NCBI RefSeq assembly: GCF_023585745.1
Contig: NZ_CP097762.1
Location: forward strand, 690,001-722,000
Direction of reading: 5' to 3'
DNA length: 32,000 nt
From: Candidatus Saccharimonadota bacterium
GTDB lineage: Bacteria; Pseudomonadota; Gammaproteobacteria; Enterobacterales; Enterobacteriaceae
Numbering within the stretch: position 1 is the stretch's first letter; each line of letters opens with the position of its first letter. A program made the position numbers and the translations under genes. The notes under the pieces are model-generated. The model was not told the DNA's origin. It searched no databases and saw only the letters and a program-made list of their open reading frames with translations. Shown piece after piece: positions 18,869 to 29,579 of the stretch.

Positions 18869-20350
18869 TTATTTATATGTACTTGTTATACAAGTATTAT
18901 CATGTGATTCCTTGTGAGAAGGAGTAGTAGTAGTGATAATTGGTTGTTTTATTTGTACCCCGAGTGCTTTAAAACTTTCTGCTTTGCTAATAATATTTCC
19001 TTTTCCTTCAGAAAATTTATTTTTTGCCGCGTTATATACAGTCTCAGCTTTATGTAAATAAACTCCAATTTTATTTAAATCATCTATAAATAACCTTAAT
19101 TTATCGTATAAATTACTTGCTTTATCAGCAATTTTTTTTGCATAGCAGTTTTGATATTCATATTGCCATAAATTATTAATAGTACGTAAAGCTATTAATA
19201 ATGTTGTAGGGCTAGTTAACATAATATTACGTTTCATAGCATCTGTTAATAATGATGGCTCTGTTTTTATGGCTAAAATGAATGCTGATTCAATTGGTAT
19301 GAACATTAAGATATAATCTAATGTATTTAGTTCAAATAATTTTTGATAATCTTTTTTATTTAATGATTTTATATGATTACGTATTGAATTAATATGATCG
19401 GTAATAGCTAATCTTTTTTCTTCTTTATTAGTGCTATTAAAATAACGTTCATATGCTATTAAAGATACTTTGGAATCAATAATTACCTTTTTATTTTTAG
19501 GTAAATGTATTACAACATCAGGTTGTAATCTGTATCCATCTTTATGTTTTATACTATTTTGTATATGGAATTCATATCCCTCACGCATTCCAGAAGATTC
19601 TAACGCACGAGTTAGAATAACTTCGCCCCAGTTTCCTTGTATTTTATTATTTCCTTTTAAAGCTTGTGTTAAATTAACAGTTTCTTGAGTGATTTTTGCA
19701 TTTAATTGATGAAGAGTACGAATTTCATAGGTTAATGAATGTGTTGTTTTTTCTTCTAAATTAAAATTATTTTGCATTTGTTTTTTAAATATATCTAATT
19801 GTATTTGTAAGGGAGATAGTATGTTTTCAAGGGAGAGTTTGTTTTGTGTTTCTAACTGTGATCTGTTTTTCTCAAAAATTCGATTTGCTAAATTTTCAAT
19901 TTGTATGGTTAATTTATGTTCGTTATCAATAAACAATTTTTGTTTTTCTTCTGTTGATATTTTATGTTCTTCTAATCGGATAGATAATTCTTTTATTTTT
20001 AATGCTTGTATATGATTCAGATCCATTTGCTTTTGCAATTCTACATTTAATTTCTCATATTTTTGATAATAACAATTGAATAATTTTAATTTTTCTTCAG
20101 CAGTGGATAGTTTTCCGTGTAATTCGCATACTGTTTGTAATGTATGTTGTAATTTTTTTTCAGTGTTTTGACGTAAATTAGATTCATTTTTTAAATTTTC
20201 TGTAGAAATAGATAGAATTTTTTTATGATTTAAATAATTTTTTTTATATTTTTTTATATAAATTTTAACTGTAATTACAGAAAATATTCCGGTTATTATA
20301 AATCCTATAAATATGTTAATTATATCATAAAAATATATTGGTATGTTCAT
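18869..20350 (-). CDS. rmuC: DNA recombination protein RmuC
   Basis: 493-aa ORF with an N-terminal TM helix, a long K/E/Q-rich coiled-coil-like region and a conserved C-terminal RmuC domain. Positioned between udp and ubiE exactly as in E. coli. Confidence 0.85.
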   Translation of the reverse strand: MNIPIYFYDIINIFIGFIITGIFSVITVKIYIKKYKKNYLNHKKILSISTENLKNESNLRQNTEKKLQHTLQTVCELHGKLSTAEEKLKLFNCYYQKYEKLNVELQKQMDLNHIQALKIKELSIRLEEHKISTEEKQKLFIDNEHKLTIQIENLANRIFEKNRSQLETQNKLSLENILSPLQIQLDIFKKQMQNNFNLEEKTTHSLTYEIRTLHQLNAKITQETVNLTQALKGNNKIQGNWGEVILTRALESSGMREGYEFHIQNSIKHKDGYRLQPDVVIHLPKNKKVIIDSKVSLIAYERYFNSTNKEEKRLAITDHINSIRNHIKSLNKKDYQKLFELNTLDYILMFIPIESAFILAIKTEPSLLTDAMKRNIMLTSPTTLLIALRTINNLWQYEYQNCYAKKIADKASNLYDKLRLFIDDLNKIGVYLHKAETVYNAAKNKFSEGKGNIISKAESFKALGVQIKQPIITTTTPSHKESHDNTCITSTYK

Positions 20351-20583
20351 TGTATATTTTTTATAAAAAATAATATTTTAATATTGGTTTAGTTAATAGG
20401 AATTATATATAAAATAATATATTTTTTTAAAAAATTTTCTTTTTAAATCATTTCTTATGAATGAAAATTCATTGTTGTTGTAAGTAACAAGTTGTTTCAT
20501 TTGTTGAAAAGCATTGTATAAAGTATTTGGTATTAAAAATAAGAAATTTTTCAAAATTTATTATATTTTTTAATGTATAAAAT

Positions 20584-21366
20584 TTATATAATTTGTATAT
20601 TTTTAGTGAGAATGATATGGGCTCCTTCTATCACTACTTTTATAGCATGTTCTTCAGCAGATTGTATTATTTTACAATTGGGGGTTTCATTTTTTGCACG
20701 ATTGATTACAACGCCTGCAACCATTCCTGCTTTTAGTTTTTGGGTTAAACACATAGTTAATAGTGTTGCGGATTCCATTTCGTAACTTATAACACCTATA
20801 TTTTTCCACTCTTTTATAGAACCCCTGAATTTTTTAATGATTTTTCCAGAAAATGTATTATATCTTTCTTGACCTGGATAAAATGTATCTGAAGATACAG
20901 TTACACCAATATGATATTTAATACCAATTTTTTTTGCTGCTTTAATGAGTGATAGACTGCATAATAAGTCTGCTGCTGCAGGAAATTCTATAGGAGCAAA
21001 ATGTCTGCTTGTTCCGTCATACCGAACTGCAGCAGTAATAATTAGTATATCTCCTGTATTTATATATTCTTGGATAGCACCCGCAGTACCCACCCGTAAA
21101 AATGTTGTTATACCTAATTGAGATAGTTCTTCTACAACGATCGAAGTAGAAGGTCCACCGATACCGGTTGAACATATAATGACTGTATTTCCATTAATTT
21201 GAGCAGACCACGTATTAAATTCACGATTACTACAAATATGTTTTGGATTATTCATTAGGAGTGCAATTTTTTTTACCCTATTTGGGTCTCCTGGAAGAAT
21301 AGCTAAAGTCGCATCTTGTATGTCTTTAATGTGTAATCCTAAATGAAATGTATGAGTGATAGGCAT
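20584..21366 (-). CDS. udp: uridine phosphorylase
   Basis: 260-aa ORF. FHLGL, ATLAILPGDPNRV, CSTGIGGPSTSIVVEEL, FYPGQERY and YEMESATLLTMC match E. coli Udp. Confidence 0.92.
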   Translation of the reverse strand: MPITHTFHLGLHIKDIQDATLAILPGDPNRVKKIALLMNNPKHICSNREFNTWSAQINGNTVIICSTGIGGPSTSIVVEELSQLGITTFLRVGTAGAIQEYINTGDILIITAAVRYDGTSRHFAPIEFPAAADLLCSLSLIKAAKKIGIKYHIGVTVSSDTFYPGQERYNTFSGKIIKKFRGSIKEWKNIGVISYEMESATLLTMCLTQKLKAGMVAGVVINRAKNETPNCKIIQSAEEHAIKVVIEGAHIILTKNIQII

Positions 21367-21553
21367 ATAATAAGTTTTATGTGATTTTTAATTTGTATTA
21401 AAAGTATTTTTTTAATTTTTAAAAATAATTATTGTAATTTCTTATGCATAAGATTATTTAAAAATAAATATTTTAGTGTTATTAATGTTGATTAGTTAAA
21501 CATAGATAAAATGAAAATATTCAGTGTATTTACATAACAATAAGCAAAAATAT

Positions 21554-21589
21554 AACTGTTCTAATATAAGAATATAGTATTGAACAGTT
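21554..21589 (-). terminator. candidate intrinsic terminator of metE
   Basis: AACTGTTC (21554-21561) and GAACAGTT (21582-21589) form 8-bp arms around a 20-nt loop. Lies 13 nt past the metE stop. On the minus strand it is followed by ATATTTTTG. Confidence 0.4.
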
Positions 21590-21601
21590 TTTGTGATTTT
21601 A

Positions 21602-23893
21602 CTACTGGTCACGCAGCGTTTTTGCGGCGGATATCATGTTATTTAATGATTTTTTTATTTCTATCCATGATCTTGTTTTTAATCCGCAATCAGGATTAAT
21701 CCATAATCGAGTTTTAGGAATATATTTTAATAGTTGATTAATTTTTTTTATTATTTCCTTCTTTGTTGGTATGTTTGGAGAATGAATATCATATACTCCA
21801 GGGCCAATTTCATTTAAATTATTTATACAATTATGTATAGATGTTAGTATGTTTTCATTAGATCTAGATGCTTCAATACTAATCACATCTGCATCTAATC
21901 TTCCAATAACGTGCATTATATCATTAAATTCGGAATAACACATGTGTGTATGTATTTGGGTTGTATCTTTTACTGATGATATAGTTGTATTAAAAATATT
22001 AATTGCCCATTCTAAATATTGTTTTTGATCGCGGTATTTTAGGGGTAATCCTTCTCTTAAAGCAGGTTCATCAATTTGTATAATTTTAATACCTGTTTGT
22101 TCTAAATCTAATACTTCTGCTCGTATAGCCAGCGCTAGTTGTAGAGCTATTGTTTTAAGTTCTATATCTTCTCGTAAAAATGACCAAATTGTTATAGTAA
22201 TAGGTCCAGTTAATATGCCTTTTATTGGTTTTTTAGTTAATGTTTGTGCATAATGTATCCATTCTTTAGTAATAGGTTTGGATCTACTAATATCACCAAT
22301 AATTATGGGTGGTTTCACACAACGTGATCCATAGCTTTGTATCCATCCATTTTGCGTAAAAATAAAACCATCTAAGTTTTCTCCAAAGTATTCTACCATA
22401 TCATTTCGTTCAGGTTCTCCATGTACTAGTACATCGAGCCCTAATTTTTCTTGTTCTGTAATAATTTTTTTAATGTATTTTTTAATATTAATATTATAGA
22501 AGTTTTTTTCTATTTTATTTTTTTTTAAATCTGCGCGAAGTTTACGGATTTCTTTAGTTTGAGGAAATGATCCTATAGTAGTTGTTGGGAGCATTGGTAA
22601 GTTAAGTGTATTATGTTGTAATACAGATCGTTTTACATATTTGGTGTTTCTAGTTTTTGGAATATTATCAATGTTTTTTAATTGTTTTGCGATATTAATA
22701 TTGTGCATTATATCGTAATGTGTTTTAAAATATTTGTAGTCATTACAGTATGATAACAATGTATCTGCACATGCATTAGAATCATTTGTATTTTTAGAAT
22801 TTAGCGCAGCACACAACATTTTTATTTCTAGACATTTTTGTATTGAGAAAGCAAAACATTTTTTAATGTGTGTATCTAATTGATTTTCTAGATCCAAATC
22901 TATTGGAATGTGTAAAAATGAACAAGAAGGTCCAATCCATAATTTTCTTTCTGTTACTATAGGGGATAATTTTTTAAACCAATTGTGTAGATTAGTTTTC
23001 CATATGTTACGTCCATTTATTATTCCGGCAGATATGACCCAATGTTTTGGTAGTGTTTGGTGTAGTAGTGATATATTATTAGAATTAGAAACTAGGTCTA
23101 CATGTAATCCATCTATTTTTAATTGTGTTATAGTATTAAGTTGATGGTGTATGTCATCAAAATAAGTAGTCAATAATAGTTTTACTTTTCCATGTAATTG
23201 TTCATAAGTACTTAAATACGCTGACGTCCATAATGTTGGTAGTTCTAATGATAATATAGGTTCATCAATTTGAATCCAATTAATATTTTTTTTTGATATT
23301 ATCTTTAATATTTTTTTATAAACTTTTAATAAACTAGGTAATAGTGATAATCGGTTAAAAGTTTTGCCCGTTGTTTTCCCTAACCATAGGTAACTTATTG
23401 GTCCTAATAGTATTGGTTTGACCGGATATTTTAGAGATAGAGCTTCATCAATTTCGTCGAATAATTGCATCCAATTTAATTGGAAGTCTTGATTTTCAGA
23501 AAATTCTGGCACTATGTAGTGATAGTTAGTATTGAACCATTTTTTAAGTTCTGATGGTGCTATTAGTTTGTTATCTATAAAACAACCTCTACTTATTCTA
23601 AATAGTGTATCTAAATTAGCTTGTTTTTCATTGTCACAACGATGTCTCTTTGGAATATTGTTTACCATTAAACTAGTAGATAAAACATGATCATACCATG
23701 CAAAATCACCAACCGGAATCCAATCCATACCGCATTCTTTTTGTTTCTCCCAATGACGAATCCTAAGCATACGTCCTATTTCTAATAATTGTTCTGGTTT
23801 AATTAAGTTGTTCCAATAACTTTCTAAAGCGTATTTTAATTCTCTGTGTGCTCCAATGCGAGGAAACCCTAATGTATGACCAATGATCGTCAT
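21602..23893 (-). CDS. metE: cobalamin-independent methionine synthase
   Basis: The track ORF is trimmed to ATG 23893, which has GGAG 6 nt upstream. MTIIGHTLGFPRIG compares with E. coli MTILNHTLGFPRVG. The track start at 23905 is a TTG. Both halves of the protein are present, and HTHMCYSEFNDI and NPDCGLKTR are conserved. Confidence 0.95.
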   Translation of the reverse strand: MTIIGHTLGFPRIGAHRELKYALESYWNNLIKPEQLLEIGRMLRIRHWEKQKECGMDWIPVGDFAWYDHVLSTSLMVNNIPKRHRCDNEKQANLDTLFRISRGCFIDNKLIAPSELKKWFNTNYHYIVPEFSENQDFQLNWMQLFDEIDEALSLKYPVKPILLGPISYLWLGKTTGKTFNRLSLLPSLLKVYKKILKIISKKNINWIQIDEPILSLELPTLWTSAYLSTYEQLHGKVKLLLTTYFDDIHHQLNTITQLKIDGLHVDLVSNSNNISLLHQTLPKHWVISAGIINGRNIWKTNLHNWFKKLSPIVTERKLWIGPSCSFLHIPIDLDLENQLDTHIKKCFAFSIQKCLEIKMLCAALNSKNTNDSNACADTLLSYCNDYKYFKTHYDIMHNINIAKQLKNIDNIPKTRNTKYVKRSVLQHNTLNLPMLPTTTIGSFPQTKEIRKLRADLKKNKIEKNFYNINIKKYIKKIITEQEKLGLDVLVHGEPERNDMVEYFGENLDGFIFTQNGWIQSYGSRCVKPPIIIGDISRSKPITKEWIHYAQTLTKKPIKGILTGPITITIWSFLREDIELKTIALQLALAIRAEVLDLEQTGIKIIQIDEPALREGLPLKYRDQKQYLEWAINIFNTTISSVKDTTQIHTHMCYSEFNDIMHVIGRLDADVISIEASRSNENILTSIHNCINNLNEIGPGVYDIHSPNIPTKKEIIKKINQLLKYIPKTRLWINPDCGLKTRSWIEIKKSLNNMISAAKTLRDQ

Positions 23894-24112
23894 AATTTGC
23901 TCCAAAGGTTATTTAATATTTTGCAGTGTTTTGAAATCAGAATAATGTAAATTACGAAAAATAACATACTTTTATTAAAAGTGAACGAGAGACTTATATG
24001 ATCTCTTCATAATTACATAAATTTTTATAATTTAAATAAATTAAACATCATATACATTAATTACTTTGTATCACTGATAATTATACTAGTTACTTACATA
24101 TAGTCAAATAAC

Positions 24113-24140
24113 AAAACTATAAATATTTATTTATAGTTTT
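24113..24140 (-). terminator. rpoH intrinsic terminator (A4-stem-T4, bidirectional shape)
   Basis: AAAACTATAAATA (24113-24125), then TT, then TATTTATAGTTTT (24128-24140): perfect 13-bp arms. Lies 20 nt past the rpoH stop codon (24160-24162). Confidence 0.6.
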
Positions 24141-24159
24141 AAGGATTTTAATTTATTTA

Positions 24160-25026
24160 TTAGTTTTGGATCATAGATTTCATTTTTTTCATTGCATTTT
24201 TTTCTAATTGACGCACTCGTTCAGCAGATACTCCATATTGATTGGCTAATTCTTGTAACGTAGTCTTATTATTATTTACATTTAACCACCTTGCTTTAAT
24301 AATATGTTGACTACGTTTATCTAAAGTGTTTATGGCAATCTTTAGTTTATTATTTATTCGATCTTGCCATTCATTTTCTTCATTGGAAATAGTTATATTA
24401 TCTTGTGAATAATATAGTACTGCTGGAGTAGTTATCGTGGTTAAAAAATTTCGGTGATCTTCATCTGAAGGTTGCTCAAATGTCATATCTTGCGCGGCCA
24501 TACGTGATTCCATTTCTCTTACGTCTTTACTAGTGACATTTAGTGTTTTTGCTACTATTTCAATTTCTCCTGCATTAAACCAACCTAAACGTTTTTTAGT
24601 TTTTCTTAAGTTGAAAAATAATTTTCTTTGTGCTTTAGTAGTTGCAATTTTTACTATTCTCCAGTTTTTTAAGACATATTCGTGTATTTCTGACTTAATC
24701 CAATGTACCGCAAAAGATACTAAGCGCACATCTAGTTCTGGATTAAATCTACGCACAGCTTTCATTAAGCCAATGTTACCTTCCTGTATTAAATCAGCTT
24801 GTGGCAATCCATATCCCGAATAATTTCTCGCAACGTGTATAACAAATCTCAAATGTGAGACAATGAGTTTTTTTGCGGCGTCTAGATCGCCGTGGTAATA
24901 TAAACGTTTAGCCAAGGATCGTTCTTCTTCTGCTGTTAATACAGAATAAGTATTAGCTGTTCTTATGTAAGCTTCTAAGGTTCCTTGAGAGATTAAGGTT
25001 TTTCGATTTTGTATGTTTTTTGGCAT
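24160..25026 (-). CDS. rpoH: RNA polymerase sigma-32 (heat-shock sigma factor)
   Basis: 288-aa [56 protein letters not shown] is nearly identical to E. coli RpoH region 2. The RpoH box [10 protein letters not shown] is present. An AGGAG SD sits 6 nt upstream. Confidence 0.95.
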   Translation of the reverse strand: MPKNIQNRKTLISQGTLEAYIRTANTYSVLTAEEERSLAKRLYYHGDLDAAKKLIVSHLRFVIHVARNYSGYGLPQADLIQEGNIGLMKAVRRFNPELDVRLVSFAVHWIKSEIHEYVLKNWRIVKIATTKAQRKLFFNLRKTKKRLGWFNAGEIEIVAKTLNVTSKDVREMESRMAAQDMTFEQPSDEDHRNFLTTITTPAVLYYSQDNITISNEENEWQDRINNKLKIAINTLDKRSQHIIKARWLNVNNNKTTLQELANQYGVSAERVRQLEKNAMKKMKSMIQN

Positions 25027-25534
25027 CTATACTCCTGAAATTTCATGTATGCAAAAATTATTATTAGTGTAATAAGTTTTGGTAAGAATTTTAAATTTTA
25101 TACCAAGCGTGTGAATCATGATTATAGTTACATTAATTAATGGAATTATAACATGATTATTATTGATATAACTGTTAATTTCATGATATTTGAATTGTTC
25201 ATAATTTGTAATTAGTTATAAATATTTGATTCTTTATGTTATAGTGAAAGATATAAATAATTTATGATAAGTAAAATATTTAATAGTTTGAAATTGGATA
25301 GTTTATATAAAACTATATTGTATTTTCATGCATAAAAAGTTAATGTATATATTTTTCAGTTTTATTATTTATTACTTAATAAGTAAAAAATTGATTTTTT
25401 TAAAATTGATTTTCTAATACAGAAATATAGATTACAGTATAAGCATACTGAAAAATAATAAATGTATGCTTTAGATTTCCTACAGTTAAAGAGCATTTTT
25501 AAATACAGTTAGTATGTGGATTTAAAGATTAGTT

Positions 25535-26467
25535 TTATTTTGACAAAATAGCTTCAACAAAATCATGTGGTTTAAATGGTTGTAAATCATTAATATTTTG
25601 TCCTATTCCAATATACCGTATTGGAATAGAAAAGTGATCTGCTATGGACAACAATGTCCCCCCTTTAGCACTGCCATCTAATTTCGTCATTATAATACCG
25701 GTTATGTTGATAACATCATGAAAAATATGTACTTGATTAATAGAGTTTTGTCCAGTATTAGCATCGAGAACTAGTATAGTTTCTTGTGGAGCTTGGGGAT
25801 TTATTTTTTTTATGACTTTAACAATTTTTTTTAGTTCCGAAATTGCATGGAGTTGATTTTGTAATCTGCCTGCAGTGTCTATAATTAATAAATCTGCAGA
25901 TTTTAATTGCGCTATTTTAATAGCTTTAAATATTACGGCAGCAGGGTCAGAAGTAGTATAATTTTTTATTATTTCATTACAACCGCTGCGTTTTCCTAAA
26001 ATTTCTAGTTGATCTATTGCTGCTAATCTGCTAGTATCACCTGCAGCTAGTATGACTTTTTTTCCCCCTAATTGGTAATGATAAGCTAATTTTCCAACAG
26101 TGGTAGTTTTACCTGATCCGTTTACTCCAATCATTAATATAATAAATGGTTTTTGTGTGTCTGGTATAAGTAATGGTTTATTAGAAGAGTTGATTATTTT
26201 TAGCATTTCATCCTGTAATATTTGATAAAATAAATTTTTGTTACAATTTATATTGGTATGAATGTAATTTTTTAAATTATTGATGATTTTTTGAGTAGTT
26301 TGGATACTTACATCTGCGAGTAATAATTGATGTTCAATATTATTAAGTAATGTAGTGTCAATTTTTTTTTGTCCATATATCAAATTAATAATATTGTCTC
26401 CTATTTTTTTTCGGGTATTTAATAAGGTCTTTTTTAATGTATTTAAAAAATTATTTTTATAGTTCAT
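25535..26467 (-). CDS. ftsY: signal-recognition-particle receptor FtsY (NG domain only)
   Basis: The track ORF starts at TTG 26491 and is trimmed to ATG 26467, which has an AGGA SD upstream. Contains GVNGSGKTTT, DTAGRL and TKLDGSAKGG. Alignment with E. coli FtsY begins at about its residue 198, so the acidic A domain is absent. Confidence 0.92.
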   Translation of the reverse strand: MNYKNNFLNTLKKTLLNTRKKIGDNIINLIYGQKKIDTTLLNNIEHQLLLADVSIQTTQKIINNLKNYIHTNINCNKNLFYQILQDEMLKIINSSNKPLLIPDTQKPFIILMIGVNGSGKTTTVGKLAYHYQLGGKKVILAAGDTSRLAAIDQLEILGKRSGCNEIIKNYTTSDPAAVIFKAIKIAQLKSADLLIIDTAGRLQNQLHAISELKKIVKVIKKINPQAPQETILVLDANTGQNSINQVHIFHDVINITGIIMTKLDGSAKGGTLLSIADHFSIPIRYIGIGQNINDLQPFKPHDFVEAILSK

Positions 26468-26847
26468 ATAGATTCCTTTAATTAGTACCAATATATAAAT
26501 TTTAAGTTAATTTATTACGCACGAATTACCTTATAAAGGTTTATACTGCTCGAATATAAGATATTATATAGTTTTATAGTAGTAGTTTTGATTATTTTTT
26601 GTACAGTGATTTAAATATATTTAAGATGATAATTAATTATATAGTATATGTTGCGCGCTAAAATTAGTAGTTAATGATTAATTATAAGTATATGAAATTT
26701 ATAAAAAGTATGTACAATTTTGATAAACATTTGTTTATAGAGTAGTGTTGCGTAAATAGAAATTTATTAAGAAATTATTAATTTTGATAAAGATATATTT
26801 CTGATATAAGAAAAATTATAAATCTATAAATAATCAGAGGTATAAAT

Positions 26848-27414
26848 ATGTTTGGTACAATTAGAATTACTGGAGGCAAGTGGAAAGGGCGTAAAGTATT
26901 TGTTGGAAAAGATTCTCAAGTTCGTCCAACTACTAATCGTATTCGTGAAATGTTATTTGATTGGTTAAATCCTATTATTTTTAAATCTCTATGTTTAGAT
27001 TGTTTTGCTGGTAGCGGAGCATTAGGTCTAGAATCATTATCTAGAGGAGCCAATAAAGTGACTTTTTTAGATATAGATTATACTTGCATTAAAAGATTAT
27101 TAGAGGTGACTAGATTATTTTTAGTATTGAATAGTAATGTTATATGTATTGATTGTTGCACATGGTTAAAAAAATCAACTGAAATATACAATGTGGTTTT
27201 TATTGATCCTCCGTTTCAGAATAATGATTTAATAACTAAAGTTATCAACTTATTAGAGAAATATAATCGTTTGTCAACGGAATCTTGGATTTATGTAGAG
27301 AATTTAAGATACAAATATACTCAACATACATATATAGTTCCAGCTAATTGGGATTTATATAAGAAAAAAGATACTAAAAGAATTACGTGTAGTTTGTTTT
27401 GCAGAACATCATAA
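26848..27414 (+). CDS. rsmD: 16S rRNA (guanine966-N2)-methyltransferase
   Basis: 188-aa ORF with IRITGGKWKGRK, the SAM motif CLDCFAGSGALGLESLSRGA, and FIDPPF. Divergent from ftsY, like E. coli yhhF. A GAGG SD is present. Confidence 0.85.
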   Translation: MFGTIRITGGKWKGRKVFVGKDSQVRPTTNRIREMLFDWLNPIIFKSLCLDCFAGSGALGLESLSRGANKVTFLDIDYTCIKRLLEVTRLFLVLNSNVICIDCCTWLKKSTEIYNVVFIDPPFQNNDLITKVINLLEKYNRLSTESWIYVENLRYKYTQHTYIVPANWDLYKKKDTKRITCSLFCRTS

Positions 27415-27450
27415 CTATATATTATTAGTGGCATATAATATATAGTTATG
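27410..27450. terminator. 16-bp-stem hairpin between convergent rsmD and pgi (candidate bidirectional terminator)
   Basis: CATAACTATATATTAT (27410-27425) pairs perfectly with ATAATATATAGTTATG (27435-27450) around a 9-nt loop. It contains the rsmD stop codon (27412-27414) and is followed by TTTATAAC on the plus strand. Confidence 0.55.
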
Positions 27451-27541
27451 TTTATAACAAAATTTTTGTTGTATATAACTTTCATTGTACATATGATGAT
27501 ACAATCATATATTTAGCTGTTTTAAATAATTTGTATAAATT

Positions 27542-29197
27542 TTAATTACTCCAAGATTTATAAACTTTAATTAATTCATAAGATGAACTGTCATAATGAT
27601 TAGTAAAAATTAAATTTTTATGTTTTATCTTTGGGAGAATACTGCTGGATAATTGTTTCCCCAATTCGACGCCCCATTGGTCGAAGGTATAAATATTTAG
27701 TATGATGCCTTGGGTAAATATTTTATGTTCATACAACGCAATTAGCGCTCCTAAAGTATAAGGGGTAATTTTTTTAATTAATATAGAATTACTAGGGTTA
27801 TTTCCTTTACATGTTTTAAAGGGAATTAAATTTTTTGCATGTATGTCATGCATGCTTATTTCTTGCTGTATATCTATTGTTGTTTTGCCAAAGGCTAAAG
27901 CTTTAGTTTGAGCAATAAAATTTGATACTAATTTTTCATGATGATCAGAGATAGACACGTGACTATTTATTGGTATTATAAAATCGCATGGAACCATCTT
28001 TGTTCCTTGATGTAATAATTGGTAAAAAGAGTGTTGCCCGTTCGTACCTGTTTCACCCCATATAATTGGTCCAGTTTGATATGTAACAGGTAATCCGTTG
28101 CGGTCTGTACATTTTCCGTTAGATTCCATGTTTAATTGTTGTAAATATGCTGTGAAACGATGCATGTATTGATCGTATGGTAATACTGCTTCAGTTTCTG
28201 TGTGAAAGAAATTATTGTACCAAATTCCAATAAGAGCTAATATGACAGGCAGGTTTTTATTAAAAGGTGTATGGTAAAAATGTGTATCCATAGCATGAGC
28301 GCCAGTAAGTAATTCTTCAAAATTATCTGGTCCTAATGACAGCATAATAGATAATCCAATAGAGGACCACAAAGAATAACGTCCGCCTACCCAATCCCAA
28401 AGTTTGAACATGTTTGTTATTGGATTAATACCAAATCGGTTTACTTCTGTGGTATTTGTAGATAACGCTATGAAATGTTTAGAGATGTTTTCTTGGTGAT
28501 GATTTTTAATGTTTTTTAAAAACCAATGACGCGCACTATGTGCGTTAGTCATAGTTTCTTGAGTAGTGAAAGTTTTTGACGCTATTATAAATAGCGTAGT
28601 TTCTGGATGTAAATTTTTAAGCGTTTCGAAAATTTGGGTACCATCCACATTAGAAATAAAATGTATGTTCAAATGGTTTTTGTAGGGTGTTAATGCTTCG
28701 GTTACCATGTGAGGACCGAGATTAGAGCCACCAATTCCTATATTTATAATATCTGTAATTTTTTTGTTTGTATAACCTGTCCATTTTCCTTGAATCACGG
28801 AATTACAGAATTGTTTCATTTTTTTTAACATTGTATTGATTTTCGGCATGATGTCGTATGCATCTACTAGAATAGGTGTGTTTTTTCTATTTCTTAGGGC
28901 TATATGCAATACAGCACGGTTTTCAGTTCGGTTAATTTTTTTTCCACAGAACATATCAGAAATAGCGTTTGTAAGATCACATTCTATTGCTAAAGATATA
29001 AGATATCTGATAGTTTCTTCTGTGATTAAATTTTTGGAGTAATCAATTAATATTTCATTTTCGAACATTTCAGAGAAACTAGAAAATCTAGTTTTGTCTT
29101 GTTGAAATAAAGTAGAAATTGATGTATTTTTTATTTTTGAGAAATGTTGTTTTAAATATTTCCAAGATGTAGTTTTAGTGGGGTTAATATTTTTCAT
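27542..29197 (-). CDS. pgi: glucose-6-phosphate isomerase
   Basis: The track ORF is trimmed to ATG 29197. [19 protein letters not shown] compares with E. coli MKNINPTQTAAWQALQKHF, and the remainder is colinear ([36 protein letters not shown]). Confidence 0.95.
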   Translation of the reverse strand: MKNINPTKTTSWKYLKQHFSKIKNTSISTLFQQDKTRFSSFSEMFENEILIDYSKNLITEETIRYLISLAIECDLTNAISDMFCGKKINRTENRAVLHIALRNRKNTPILVDAYDIMPKINTMLKKMKQFCNSVIQGKWTGYTNKKITDIINIGIGGSNLGPHMVTEALTPYKNHLNIHFISNVDGTQIFETLKNLHPETTLFIIASKTFTTQETMTNAHSARHWFLKNIKNHHQENISKHFIALSTNTTEVNRFGINPITNMFKLWDWVGGRYSLWSSIGLSIMLSLGPDNFEELLTGAHAMDTHFYHTPFNKNLPVILALIGIWYNNFFHTETEAVLPYDQYMHRFTAYLQQLNMESNGKCTDRNGLPVTYQTGPIIWGETGTNGQHSFYQLLHQGTKMVPCDFIIPINSHVSISDHHEKLVSNFIAQTKALAFGKTTIDIQQEISMHDIHAKNLIPFKTCKGNNPSNSILIKKITPYTLGALIALYEHKIFTQGIILNIYTFDQWGVELGKQLSSSILPKIKHKNLIFTNHYDSSSYELIKVYKSWSN

Positions 29198-29579
29198 AAT
29201 TTGTATTATTATTTTTATAAATTTAGTTATAGAAAACATTTCATGTTAATTATTGCGTTATATGAAATTTTTTCAATTTTTTTCGAAGTTCATGATATGT
29301 GAACGTAATGGTTAATTATTTTAATATAAATACTTTATGTTAAGATAATATTGCAAATATATAAATTTAGACAATAAATTTTAATGTATTGGATGTTTTT
29401 TACAAAATTAATTTTTTATTGAATTTTATCTTATTTAGTTTTTATGTTTATGAAAAAGAAAATTATGTATTGTTATTATTTTAGTGTATTTAAAAGATTT
29501 AAAATAAATGTAGATTTATGTATTTTAGTGAAATTTTAATGAATTTATTTAAATACATAAACTTGAGTGAAAGTATTAT

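Noticed and set aside
24533-24823. 96-aa ORF antisense to rpoH, plus the other antisense track ORFs: 459-641, 4522-4725, 10192-10392, 11494-11721, 13622-13858, 14692-14904, 16824-17015, 19470-19688, 19821-20015, 20573-20785, 22908-23144 and 28836-29042.
   Set aside because: Each lies wholly or largely inside a well-supported conserved gene on the opposite strand. Each has a hydrophobic, low-complexity composition and no motif. They are shadow ORFs.
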